Virus record (IMG/VR): IMGVR_UViG_3300006147_000011
Source: a virus
Reading direction: 5' to 3' (one strand)
Length of the DNA stretch: 64,000 nucleotides
In this document: positions 35,584 to 45,050 of the stretch, one piece after another
How the letters are laid out: each line of letters begins with the position of its first letter
Numbering within the stretch: position 1 is the first letter of the stretch
Program-made: the position numbers and the translations under genes
Notes under the pieces: generated by a model
Databases searched by the model: none
The model's input: only the letters and a program-made list of their open reading frames with translations
Told to the model about the DNA's origin: nothing

Positions 35584-36621
35584 TTAAATACAAAAGCCGA
35601 AAGCGACGCCGTAACTGTAGTCGGCACCGCTGCCATTGCTGTAACCGTTGCTGTAGACATAGCAGAAGAGGTAGCTATTACTGTAACACGGAGAGCGAAG
35701 CCACCAGATGCACGAAGTTGTTGCGCTATCCCCTTGCGCCTTTGCATTGTTATAATTGTAATAATAGTTCTTTGATGTGCCCTTTTCTTGACCAAATCTA
35801 TTATCATACTTTTGAGCAACGGCTGTATCCGTAGTATAGAAGCAACCTGTACCATCCAAAACAGAGAATGTGCCCGTACCACTCTTTGGTGCCGGAATTT
35901 TTGCGCCCTTAAAATAGTCGTATTGAGTCCCCTCACCAGCGAACGAGTTCTGGTACTGTGTAGTGTACATATGGGTTCCCATTACTTCCTCTTGAGAAAA
36001 CAAAAATAGTTTATCGTCTGTTTCGAGCATATCGCTTGACATACAACCCTTCGATGTCTTTTTCTTTACGGTTTTAATAACTGCCCGTACTTCCTCTGGT
36101 AAATAACTAAGCAATAACGGCATCGTATTATTTCGCATCTCACAATTTAACCATCCGCCCGCATTGTAACCAGATTGCCCATCATAGTCTTTCGACGAAG
36201 CATTCATCATATAGTTGGTCGCCAATGCGTTTTTCATACCAAGAGTTATGCCCGCTTTTCCGCTTCCATCAGACAAATCATCGTGGTCAAATCCAAGTAT
36301 GACCATCGTAATTTTCTCACCCGTAGAAAAAGTGATTTGCTTCTCGTCGCCAATCTTAAACGCAGACGACGCTTTGCCGCTCTCGGAAATCGTTTTGATA
36401 GTTTCCCAATCGCAATCAGCAAACGACACCATACCCGACGAAGCAAGTAACAAATCCAGTTGACCACCCATCGTTCCAAGCTTCGCCATTATCGCTTCGT
36501 ATTCTGTCTTTGCGGCATAATGTTGTTGTATATTATTCCCTGCCGCATCGTATGTTGCGGCTAACGGAACATCCACCATAGTTCCGTCCGCGGTTTTACC
36601 TTGTAATGTATATCCCGCCAT
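35584..36621 (-). CDS. DGR target protein with C-terminal C-type-lectin-fold variable region (receptor-binding candidate)
   Basis: C-terminal CIWWLRSPCYSNSYLFCYVYSNGYSNGSGADYSYGVAFGFC parallels the TR-encoded CNWWLRSPYYNNSNNFCYVNSNGNSNNNNANNSNGVAFGFC with N->X changes. Confidence 0.75.
   Translation of the reverse strand: MAGYTLQGKTADGTMVDVPLAATYDAAGNNIQQHYAAKTEYEAIMAKLGTMGGQLDLLLASSGMVSFADCDWETIKTISESGKASSAFKIGDEKQITFSTGEKITMVILGFDHDDLSDGSGKAGITLGMKNALATNYMMNASSKDYDGQSGYNAGGWLNCEMRNNTMPLLLSYLPEEVRAVIKTVKKKTSKGCMSSDMLETDDKLFLFSQEEVMGTHMYTTQYQNSFAGEGTQYDYFKGAKIPAPKSGTGTFSVLDGTGCFYTTDTAVAQKYDNRFGQEKGTSKNYYYNYNNAKAQGDSATTSCIWWLRSPCYSNSYLFCYVYSNGYSNGSGADYSYGVAFGFCI
35590..35714 (-). repeat. DGR variable repeat (VR) at the 3' end of the target gene
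   Basis: Aligned to the TR; 17 differences, all at TR adenines; GC-rich GGCGTCGCTTTCGG at its 3' end (IMH-like). Confidence 0.85.
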
Positions 36622-36633
36622 ATTTTTACCTCC

Positions 36634-37464
36634 TTAAAGTAACTTGAAAAATAGCCCACCGATAGCTAAATTCTGACTTGGAGTTGTTTGACCGGCTGTT
36701 CCCACCTCAAATGCTTGTGAACCGCCAGTTACTCTCCCTTTTTCATCTACCTCAACAGCGGAGTAAATTCCCGCCGCCACACCTGTTTTACTTAACAATG
36801 CAACGATATTGCTATCCTTAGAGCCATCAAAAGTTGTCTCGCCCGTAATGTCTCCCGATATAGATATCTTCCTTGCCGTTGACAGTTTATCCGCCGCCTC
36901 GGCTGTTTTTATCGCTGCTGCATCAATCAATTCCTGTACTCGGGCTTCCGTAACGAATGAAGATATTCTCGCGTTTACCCAAGTCTCTGTAGCATAGCCG
37001 TCGAGATTGAGTGACTGCGTTCCAAGCATCTCCCACGCGGAGTTGACATAAATATATTCGGTGTATAAGTTGTCATCACCGTCGCCAGTTTTAAGTAAGT
37101 ATATCGTTGTTTCGCTTATATCCGCAGATGGAAGCTCCGTAACAACACTTACCGAAAATTTAGGAATTGCACTGACCTTTCCTTCAAGGTCAGTAATCTT
37201 TTCATCGATTGCGGATATCGTATAGTAATTGATAAGATCGTTTACCGCCCGCGTTATAAATTGACTGACATCAGGAATGTCTGCCGCACCCGCCTTTTCG
37301 TCAAGTGCAGATTTCATTTCCGCGAACGCGCCTCCCGCGTCTTTTGCATTTATACCGTCAACGTCAACTATGACATTGCCAGCATTTGTTTCGGGATGTA
37401 AAAGTAGAAACTCATCATCCCCAAGTTTTTGCATAACTTGATAATCTTTTTGTGTTACTGCCAT
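36634..37464 (-). CDS. tail fibre protein with phage tail-fibre repeat
   Basis: ISISGDITGETTFDGSKDSNIVALL resembles the side-tail-fibre repeat; adjacent to other fibre genes. Confidence 0.5.
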   Translation of the reverse strand: MAVTQKDYQVMQKLGDDEFLLLHPETNAGNVIVDVDGINAKDAGGAFAEMKSALDEKAGAADIPDVSQFITRAVNDLINYYTISAIDEKITDLEGKVSAIPKFSVSVVTELPSADISETTIYLLKTGDGDDNLYTEYIYVNSAWEMLGTQSLNLDGYATETWVNARISSFVTEARVQELIDAAAIKTAEAADKLSTARKISISGDITGETTFDGSKDSNIVALLSKTGVAAGIYSAVEVDEKGRVTGGSQAFEVGTAGQTTPSQNLAIGGLFFKLL

Positions 37465-37466
37465 AG

Positions 37467-37856
37467 TTAGTTACCCCTTTTCTTTTCTACAAACCGATAG
37501 GAACCGACATCCATATTCTCATCAAGTTCCTCGGTTGTTTTTATTAAAGACAAAGTTTTCGCAACTGTATTAGCTGGAACCTTTGCCGTTGTTTCATCGT
37601 CCCCAACGAGTACGAAATATTTCCCTTCGTCATTTCCTTCTCCGAGATTATGTTCCTCATATTCATCAGCCACCGAAGACAGAATGCTCAAATCCTTTGA
37701 AGTAAGATCGCCGCTCACCTCAACACCGTTTAATGTGGGTAAATTGATTAACCCTCTATAGTCGCTTGGCAAAAGCGAGAGGACTTTCTTAACTTGTTGT
37801 GGTTTCTTTGATTCGCCGCGAACTATCTTCGCGGTTATTTTTTTACTCACTATCAT
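37467..37856 (-). CDS. hypothetical tail-associated protein
   Basis: ORF; start taken at MIVSKK (track start 38039 overlaps the upstream gene by about 200 nt). Confidence 0.35.
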   Translation of the reverse strand: MIVSKKITAKIVRGESKKPQQVKKVLSLLPSDYRGLINLPTLNGVEVSGDLTSKDLSILSSVADEYEEHNLGEGNDEGKYFVLVGDDETTAKVPANTVAKTLSLIKTTEELDENMDVGSYRFVEKKRGN

Positions 37857-38403
37857 TTTCGTCCCCTCCATCGGTTGGCGGTGTTTCCACCTCTGAACCA
37901 CCCTCGGGCGGAGTTGGCGGATTATCATTGCCATCGCCACCTGTCGGATTGTCAGGTTCTGTTTCGTCGGGCGGAGTTTCGGGCTCTGTCGGCTCAGTGT
38001 TGTCACCTTCGCCAGTGTTATCATCGCCATCGGTTTCACTGTCTTCTATGTAAGCATCTTCAGACAATGTATTCCTCTTTTTCAGAACTATGAAATCTTC
38101 GTTGTGTAATAATGTAATCTTACTTCCATCGACAAGCTCCAAAGTCACATCGTATGTATAGAACCCAGGCTTAACTTCATCGGATATTTTTGAAGGGAAA
38201 CGCAAACAAAACGCTTCTTGCTCTTCTGAGTAAGGCAACTCGCATAAAATCTTTGCGCCAATGCAAGAGAAATAAACTTGTGCAATATACTCGACTTCGA
38301 GGTCTTCGACGGCGAAATATATTTCAAGGACGTCACCTTTAATAAACTTAATTTCGTTTTCTGTTCCTTCACAACATCCCATGTTAGTCCTCCAATGCGA
38401 CAA
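37843..38403 (-). CDS. hypothetical protein with acidic Pro/Thr/Gly-rich C-terminal tail
   Basis: C-terminus ...TEPTEPETPPDETEPDNPTGGDGNDNPPTPPEGG. Confidence 0.45.
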   Translation of the reverse strand: MSHWRTNMGCCEGTENEIKFIKGDVLEIYFAVEDLEVEYIAQVYFSCIGAKILCELPYSEEQEAFCLRFPSKISDEVKPGFYTYDVTLELVDGSKITLLHNEDFIVLKKRNTLSEDAYIEDSETDGDDNTGEGDNTEPTEPETPPDETEPDNPTGGDGNDNPPTPPEGGSEVETPPTDGGDENDSE

Positions 38404-39721
38404 AGTTCAACGCTATAAATGGCGTGGTAACTTCACCGTCAATTTTATTTGTAGGGCACGGAAGCGCATCTAATAAATCTCTTACATCTCGTGCGGCACT
38501 ATTAGCATCATTTGTTGCGCTCTCGCAATCCTCTTTTGCTGCCTGAAAATCTTCTTCTCTCTTGGTCTCAGCAGCCACCCTTGCCGTCTCTGCCGATACA
38601 CGTTGTGCTTCTGTTGTCTCGCGGTTTGTTTCGTTCGATTGTCTTGTTTGTTCTGCGGTGCTCCTATCCGTTTCAGCTTGCGCTCTGCTTGTTTCTGCGG
38701 ATACCCTTGACGCCTCGGCTAATACGCGGGCATCTTCCCCATCAGCGCGGGTTTCTTCAGCTTCTATGCGTTCAAGCTCATTTGTTTCACGCTCGTCCTC
38801 GCTCGTCTGACGTGCAGTTTCTTGCGTTTGCCTGTCTGTCTCAGCGTTTTTGCGAGATTCTTCTGCGGCAACTCTTTCATCTTCGTTGGTGGCGCGTGTA
38901 TTTTCTGCACTTTCACGCATCGTCTCTGATGCTTTACGCTTGTCTTCATTCTCGTTCCTTTTGGTTTCCGCCATGGCACGTTCATCTTCGGCGTCTTCTC
39001 TCGTACTCTCTGCGGTCGCCCTATCGGACTCCGCGGATACGCGAGCATCCTCAGCTGTTGCACGGTTTGACTCGGAGTCCTTACGCGCATTTTCATTTGT
39101 GATGCGTTCCGCCTCATTATCCTGTCTGATTTTTTCTTGCGCAACTCGAGTATCTTCTGATTGTTTTCTTATGCTTTCAGCTTCTGCTCTTTTTGATTCT
39201 GCGCCGGAGCGAGCAGTCTCCGCTTCCACCCTACTATTTTCCGCTTCCTGTATTCTGCTTTCAAGTGAGCTCACCTCTTTCAAAAGCGTTAATAGTTCAT
39301 TATAATCATCATCATTTTCGGTGATTATTTTCCCCGATTGAGATTCTGACACAATTACATAAAATGTTTGTGTTGTTAGACATACCGTAGCATCCGAATT
39401 TGTAAACATAATATCGCAAGCGACACGTCCAGTTCTTGCAGTAAATCCACCACCAAATTGAACTATAACCGATTTTTTATCGTCGCTTATCTCGCATTTT
39501 GTGGATGTAAGCACTACGCCCGATGGTGTTGAACCACTAAGTATTGCTTTATTATAAATGCTTAAATCCATATCGCCACGATCATCATACATTGTTATTT
39601 CAAAATATCTTGAATTAACATCACCTTCTTGTACGGGGATTATAATTACTGGGGCACCTATGTAATCGGCTGCCGGCAAGCGGAAACGTCTTACGGCTTT
39701 ACCCAATAAATCAAATTGCAT
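38384..39721 (-). CDS. fibre-like protein with about 20 tandem 11-residue (hendecad) E/R/A-rich repeats
   Basis: Repeats AETARSGAESK / RAEAESIRKQS / ... / SAETARVAAET read directly; globular N-terminal domain. Confidence 0.55.
   Translation of the reverse strand: MQFDLLGKAVRRFRLPAADYIGAPVIIIPVQEGDVNSRYFEITMYDDRGDMDLSIYNKAILSGSTPSGVVLTSTKCEISDDKKSVIVQFGGGFTARTGRVACDIMFTNSDATVCLTTQTFYVIVSESQSGKIITENDDDYNELLTLLKEVSSLESRIQEAENSRVEAETARSGAESKRAEAESIRKQSEDTRVAQEKIRQDNEAERITNENARKDSESNRATAEDARVSAESDRATAESTREDAEDERAMAETKRNENEDKRKASETMRESAENTRATNEDERVAAEESRKNAETDRQTQETARQTSEDERETNELERIEAEETRADGEDARVLAEASRVSAETSRAQAETDRSTAEQTRQSNETNRETTEAQRVSAETARVAAETKREEDFQAAKEDCESATNDANSAARDVRDLLDALPCPTNKIDGEVTTPFIALNFVALED
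38554..39229 (-). repeat. degenerate 33-bp tandem repeat array encoding the hendecad repeats
   Basis: Periodic 11-codon units; causes the spurious + strand ORFs in the ORF track. Confidence 0.6.
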
Positions 39722-39722
39722 A

Positions 39723-40100
39723 TTATCCCTCCTCTATTATGAATTCATCAAGCGAGTACAGCTCTGATACTGAAAAATTGATTGGCGTAAGTTCACGAAC
39801 AGTGAAGGTTATAGTGGGTGCATCAATTTCGGTCTCACCTAATTCCCTTATTGCTTTTTGACATTCATCAATATTTTCGCTGTTGACACTTACACGACCA
39901 TTTGCATAAGTTATATTCCCATTTTCATCTTTTTTGCCAAACTTTTCAATTATCTCTTGTAGCTTGGCGTCATAAAAGGCGCCTTCTGTATCGGACGCCT
40001 TCATAAATTTCAGTATCTTATAAGCCAACATTGTTGGAATTGGCTCGTTGGCGTGCTCCGAAAGAACACGTCTCGCTTGTAATAATTTGTTTAGCTTCAT
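39723..40100 (-). CDS. hypothetical protein (125 aa)
   Basis: ORF with RBS GGAGA. Confidence 0.4.
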   Translation of the reverse strand: MKLNKLLQARRVLSEHANEPIPTMLAYKILKFMKASDTEGAFYDAKLQEIIEKFGKKDENGNITYANGRVSVNSENIDECQKAIRELGETEIDAPTITFTVRELTPINFSVSELYSLDEFIIEEG

Positions 40101-40216
40101 TGATTGTCTCCTTTATTTCCTTGTTGACTTATAAATACTCGACACAAAAATGCGTCGAGTATCCTATATACATTGATTTTCCGCAGAAAAAGTGTTATAA
40201 TTAAACAGTCTTTTCA

Positions 40217-40744
40217 TTGGAGGTTATTATGAAAAAATTTAGTTCCATGTTATTAAGTCTTATTTTATTTTTTACTTGTCTCGGTATCGCTGGCTGTTCA
40301 GACGATGAATACGATAACTACACCGTAGACCTTTCTAAAATGGAAGTTGGAGATGCTATCCCCGTCTACCCCAACTGTGAGTTCGACTATATACTGACAC
40401 CAAACAGTGAAATCCATCCGGAAGTAGACAAAGAATATACATTCCATATTTCATCCATCACGGCTAAATTAGTCAAGAAAAATATAATTAGTACTAACGA
40501 TGTTGTTAGTGAACAGTTTTATCCTTTTGAAATACGAATAGACACAGCTGGATATACATCCTTAGAGTTGGCGGGATATACGTTCTCCATAAAAGTATGT
40601 TGCCAAACATCGTTTATTGATATAGCAAGCATAGATTGTGTAATCTCGCCAACTGGAGAATTTGAAGGCTTTGTTGTTTTTGGAATATATGACGCAAAGC
40701 CCTCGCCGCTTTATTTTTCTCTTATCTCTAAATATTTTTGGTAG
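40217..40744 (+). CDS. lipoprotein (signal peptide with lipobox IAGC), oppositely oriented moron within the tail-fibre region
   Basis: MKKFSSMLLSLILFFTCLGIAGCSDDE lipoprotein signal; RBS GGAGG; TTGACT -35-like upstream. Confidence 0.6.
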   Translation: MEVIMKKFSSMLLSLILFFTCLGIAGCSDDEYDNYTVDLSKMEVGDAIPVYPNCEFDYILTPNSEIHPEVDKEYTFHISSITAKLVKKNIISTNDVVSEQFYPFEIRIDTAGYTSLELAGYTFSIKVCCQTSFIDIASIDCVISPTGEFEGFVVFGIYDAKPSPLYFSLISKYFW

Positions 40745-43700
40745 TATTCCGCAATGAAGAGATTTCTTTTTCAAGGCTGTTTACTTTAGATTTCAACTGT
40801 TGTATTTGTGCCGTATTGAGCGCAATAAATTCCTCATATCTCAACATATAATATAGCTCGCCCTCGGATGGCACACACAAACCAGCAAAATCTTTAGTAT
40901 CTATATCAGCTTTATTTAGGCTGGCTTCTACATCTTGCGCAATAAAGCCTATGTGCTTTCTATGAGAAGTCCCATTGTTTAGGATGTAACTTACTGGAGT
41001 AAGATTGTCGAAGAACGCATTGTACCTATCGGACAGTTTTTCTATTGAATTTTTTAATCTAATGTCGCTACCTACTTGTGTGCCACTGTACAAGTAAAGG
41101 TTGCCCCACGCATTACCGTTTGCGCCCAATGAGTATTTTCTATCTTCTTGTGGGCTAAAATTGCCAAGAGAGTATAGAGTATTATTTGTGGAACTAAAAG
41201 AAGTAACTGTGGAGCTCGCTTGATTAGTGCGGCTTCCATATGAAGAAAAATATACGCCCGTTTCAAAACGACTATCATTGGGATTGTAACGAGTTTTAAC
41301 CTCATCTAACGAATCTAAGTTAGCGCTACCGCTTATACTTGTTGTAAACGCCGGAAAGCTTAAAGTTATTGCCTTGACGCGATATTCGGTTTTGACAATG
41401 TTATATAAATATCGAACGTACACCGTTTTTGAATATGGATATGGTAATGCCGCGGATAATGATGCAGTATAATTAAAATCGTAACTATAAGCCCACCCGC
41501 CAGACGGTGATGGAATACTATGGTTAACGACCAATGCGTTCCCCATATCGCCAGCACCCGATAAATTCGGACCATTAAAAGTTAAGGTAATCGTTTGAGT
41601 AACGGCGGTCTTATCTTTACTAAACTTTATTCCGGCTCCCGTTAAGTTTTGAATAACGAAGTCCGATGTGTTTACTGTTGTAATATACGAAGTGTTTACG
41701 CCCCCTGCCTGAGATGTGTAAATCGAAACCTCATCATTTAGATTAAAACTTGACTGTATAGGAAACCGGATTTCTTTGCTGTTTAATTTAATGTATTCGC
41801 TTTCCAATCCATCGTTAGTTATTTCAAAAGCGCCTATTGAACCGCTTGTTGCATTGACATTTCCAGTAAAAGAACCGCTTGAAGCATTTATCGTTCCCGA
41901 GAACGTCCCCGAACCATTTATTGTAATTCCATCTTTATCGCAATTAAAAACTATGGAATTACCATTTCTAAGAGTAAACCCAGTAGGCGCTAAAACATAG
42001 CTAAACTCATCTGATGTGTCGCCCTCTTTCTTTTTTGCGTATGCGGTGATTTCGTTTGCGGTTTGCTGTATAGCTGTTTCGGCATTGCCAACCCTCTTTC
42101 CAAGCGCGTCAAGGTCTGACTGAGAGGCTTTTAATGTAATGGCTTGAGCATTTGCTTCTATAGAAGTTTCAGCCGCGCCAACCCTCTTTCCAAGCGCGTC
42201 AAGGTCTGACTGAGAGGCATAGTTCTTGATGGTTATATTGCCATTATTAAGTGCTTCAAGCACCACATCGCCAGATGCGTTCTTGATGACTATTCCATTT
42301 CCGGTTAAAGTTACGCTACCGTCGTTATTTGATGCGATAACGTTATCACCAAGAATAATATTGCCAATTATTGTTTCCGCTATTAGCCCATAAGACGCCG
42401 TACCATCAGGTAGAACAATTTCCCCAAGCGCTGTCTTCGCGGTTTCCCAATTGTCATCGGTAAAGATTATAACGTTATTCATTATGCGCAATTGCTTTGG
42501 CGACAATGTTCCATTAGACTCATCAAAATCAGTATCATACTTTCTACCAAGGATACCTGTATCGTCAATTATAAATGCTTGCGATGCCATATTCGCCTGC
42601 GCGGCTCGTAACGTTCTGTCTAACGGTGCCTCAATCATGTTCGTAATACTTTCTTTGTTGCGCGTATAATCAGTCAAGTTCGACCAGTTCGCGGCTACAG
42701 TCCTTGAAGTTGAAGACGACTCCTTAATAAGGTCTGCAAACGTCATTGCTGTATCGCCAGGCTTCGATGCGTTTGAGAATGTCATCGTGAAGCTATCCGC
42801 TACATCCAAGTCATACTCAATCGACATTAACGCTGGGCGATAGTACACGCCATCCGATTTTTCGATTGTTATTGTTTTTCCAAGGACGAGCTCCTGCGTA
42901 AATTGCCTGAACTCGTACATCTTTATAAAGTTAATTGCATCAACGCTCATCTCGAATTTCGGTTGAGCGCTTTTACTTAAATCGATTTCTCCCGCCGCCA
43001 TTAACCCTTTAGCGAGATCAATACGTTCTGACATTGTTGTCGAATCATGCGTAGCGATATTATCGTTTGTATATTCGCCTTCTATCCAATAGTTTGAAAG
43101 TTCGTCGTATAACCCATCTCCCTTTCTTTTGATAAACTTTTGGATGTTGCAGATTTCGCTTATGCGATTCATTTCCTGTGTGATACTATTTATTTGTGTG
43201 TTAATCGCATTAAGAGTTGCAGCAAGAGTAGTCTTTATATAATTTTCCCATATATCACACCAACCGCCAACACCGGCGGTTTCTTTATATGTTGTGAATC
43301 TATCAAACCCAGAAACATAGTAGCGGTACAAGGAAACAATACCGTCGGCACTTGCCAAAACCCTATAACGTACTCCGTTGTAAACAAAATACGAATTTGA
43401 TGTAAATCTCACCGACAAAGTACCACAAGATATAGTGAATACATCAGTGGTGCTTGATTTTGATACGACAAATTCTGTACCGTCTATGCTGATATAGCCA
43501 GTTTTTGCACCCAAACCATCACCAGATTTGTGCGTGAAATACATTGGGTCGCCATTATTATCTTTTGCGACCTCAACAATACTATCAATATTTAGCTTGC
43601 AATAGCTACGGCTATCTCCGTCCATAAAATACATCGGTATAGGGACGCCATCGAAACCACTTTCTTCTTCATAGTAGTTTTGTATCAAGCTGTTAGCAGT

Positions 43701-45032
43701 TCCACGAGTGCCATCGGCTAAAAATGAAAACGTATAAATGCCATCGTCGCTCTTTGTCATCTTTGGCATTTCTGTGTAGCCAATTATAACCGAGTTTTCG
43801 GTAAATTCAGAGTTGTAAAATGTTGTTCCTTGTTTTAGGCTTTTTGAACCAATAGCAACAACTTCGCCGGTGATAATACCCGCACCCTCAATATCTTCAT
43901 CTTCATTATTGATATATTGATCGCGTGCCGCCTGCATATCGGTTAACTTAAGGTTTGACGTTCGTATTTCTTCGTCAGCCTTTGATTGTTCGACATACAA
44001 AGCCTGTAATCTTGTGACGAGATTGCTATAGCTATCTTTCCATTTACCCCACTCTGCTTTCCATTCGTCGAGTGCGTTAATTAGCTCTTCTGACATCCAA
44101 GGAAATTTTATTTTACCATCATCGCTTTCTCTTTTTTTATAATACTCAAAATCAACGATATAATTTGTCCCCATTGGATTAACGGTTCTTATATCAAGGC
44201 TGCCTCCGTTACAGGACATTACAGTTACAATATCCTCTGAGTTCTCTTTAATCGTTAAATTATTTATAATATTGTCAAAAGATAGATATATATCTGTAGG
44301 TAGCGTAATCGCGTCAAGTGTTTTAATTTTGATTGTGTGATAAAGAAAATCAAACTCAAATATAACCTCAAACGCCGCTTCCACGTTATTTATGATAAAA
44401 TCGTATCCGTTTAGGTTTTCATTCGCTTCAAAGCTACGGCATACGTTTTCATAACCATCTGCGGACTCATACATTTTTCCATAGCTTTTAGCCTTGAATT
44501 TAAGAATGGGGTCAACATAGGTTATAGTCCACTCTATTTTATCTTCCGTTGCTTCAATATCGGCTGTGTTCAAGGCAATTTTTATTCCCGCCTGCTGATA
44601 AAGCTGTCCAACTACGGACGGCATTGCCGCCAGATTACCACTATCATATTTTTCGTCAAAAGGGTCATTGGGGTTATAGAACATATAAACTCTTTCTTCT
44701 GTAATGAACCCTCTATTCTTTAACGCATATTGATGTGACTGTGCTGTAACCTCTTTCTCACACTGCTCGCCATTTGTAGTTTCGTGCACGCTTTCAATTT
44801 GAAACCAGCCAATTTTTTCGATAAAGAGTAAGCGCTTAGACTCGACCAAAGCATAATTATCCTCGGTACCAGCAATTTTAGGAACGGTAAAAGTCAACTG
44901 TGATAAATCGTTAAACCGTAATATCAAGTGCCTATTTTCCGCATTCAAAGCACAAATAGGTCGCTTGTCTGGATTACACAAGTACATATTCGGGCTCTCA
45001 ATTTTCTTGTAGTAATCAAAACTACTTATCAT
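40728..45032 (-). CDS. large tail fibre / tail-associated (Tal-like) protein with C-terminal peptidase-S74 intramolecular chaperone domain
   Basis: 1434 aa after the Dit-like gene; C-terminus HIGFIAQDVEASL...LYYMLRYEEFIALNTAQIQQLK matches the S74 autoproteolytic chaperone. Confidence 0.6.
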   Translation of the reverse strand: MISSFDYYKKIESPNMYLCNPDKRPICALNAENRHLILRFNDLSQLTFTVPKIAGTEDNYALVESKRLLFIEKIGWFQIESVHETTNGEQCEKEVTAQSHQYALKNRGFITEERVYMFYNPNDPFDEKYDSGNLAAMPSVVGQLYQQAGIKIALNTADIEATEDKIEWTITYVDPILKFKAKSYGKMYESADGYENVCRSFEANENLNGYDFIINNVEAAFEVIFEFDFLYHTIKIKTLDAITLPTDIYLSFDNIINNLTIKENSEDIVTVMSCNGGSLDIRTVNPMGTNYIVDFEYYKKRESDDGKIKFPWMSEELINALDEWKAEWGKWKDSYSNLVTRLQALYVEQSKADEEIRTSNLKLTDMQAARDQYINNEDEDIEGAGIITGEVVAIGSKSLKQGTTFYNSEFTENSVIIGYTEMPKMTKSDDGIYTFSFLADGTRGTANSLIQNYYEEESGFDGVPIPMYFMDGDSRSYCKLNIDSIVEVAKDNNGDPMYFTHKSGDGLGAKTGYISIDGTEFVVSKSSTTDVFTISCGTLSVRFTSNSYFVYNGVRYRVLASADGIVSLYRYYVSGFDRFTTYKETAGVGGWCDIWENYIKTTLAATLNAINTQINSITQEMNRISEICNIQKFIKRKGDGLYDELSNYWIEGEYTNDNIATHDSTTMSERIDLAKGLMAAGEIDLSKSAQPKFEMSVDAINFIKMYEFRQFTQELVLGKTITIEKSDGVYYRPALMSIEYDLDVADSFTMTFSNASKPGDTAMTFADLIKESSSTSRTVAANWSNLTDYTRNKESITNMIEAPLDRTLRAAQANMASQAFIIDDTGILGRKYDTDFDESNGTLSPKQLRIMNNVIIFTDDNWETAKTALGEIVLPDGTASYGLIAETIIGNIILGDNVIASNNDGSVTLTGNGIVIKNASGDVVLEALNNGNITIKNYASQSDLDALGKRVGAAETSIEANAQAITLKASQSDLDALGKRVGNAETAIQQTANEITAYAKKKEGDTSDEFSYVLAPTGFTLRNGNSIVFNCDKDGITINGSGTFSGTINASSGSFTGNVNATSGSIGAFEITNDGLESEYIKLNSKEIRFPIQSSFNLNDEVSIYTSQAGGVNTSYITTVNTSDFVIQNLTGAGIKFSKDKTAVTQTITLTFNGPNLSGAGDMGNALVVNHSIPSPSGGWAYSYDFNYTASLSAALPYPYSKTVYVRYLYNIVKTEYRVKAITLSFPAFTTSISGSANLDSLDEVKTRYNPNDSRFETGVYFSSYGSRTNQASSTVTSFSSTNNTLYSLGNFSPQEDRKYSLGANGNAWGNLYLYSGTQVGSDIRLKNSIEKLSDRYNAFFDNLTPVSYILNNGTSHRKHIGFIAQDVEASLNKADIDTKDFAGLCVPSEGELYYMLRYEEFIALNTAQIQQLKSKVNSLEKEISSLRNTTKNI
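42087..42219. repeat. perfect 43-bp direct duplication (period 90 bp) inside the fibre gene
   Basis: gccaaccctctttccaagcgcgtcaaggtctgactgagaggc at 42087-42129 and 42177-42219; encodes the duplicated SQSDLDALGKRVG.AET segment. Confidence 0.8.
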
Positions 45033-45050
45033 ACCTTACCTCCCTTTGTA

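Noticed and set aside
35518-35775. + strand ORFs overlapping the VR / target 3' end (85 aa and 60 aa)
   Set aside because: Antisense to the DGR target gene and VR; no independent support.
38512-39305. + strand ORFs (196, 82 and 151 aa) in the ORF track
   Set aside because: They are low-complexity Ser/Leu/Ala-rich antisense translations of the 33-bp repeat array of the - strand hendecad-repeat gene, with no RBS, so artefacts of the repeat.
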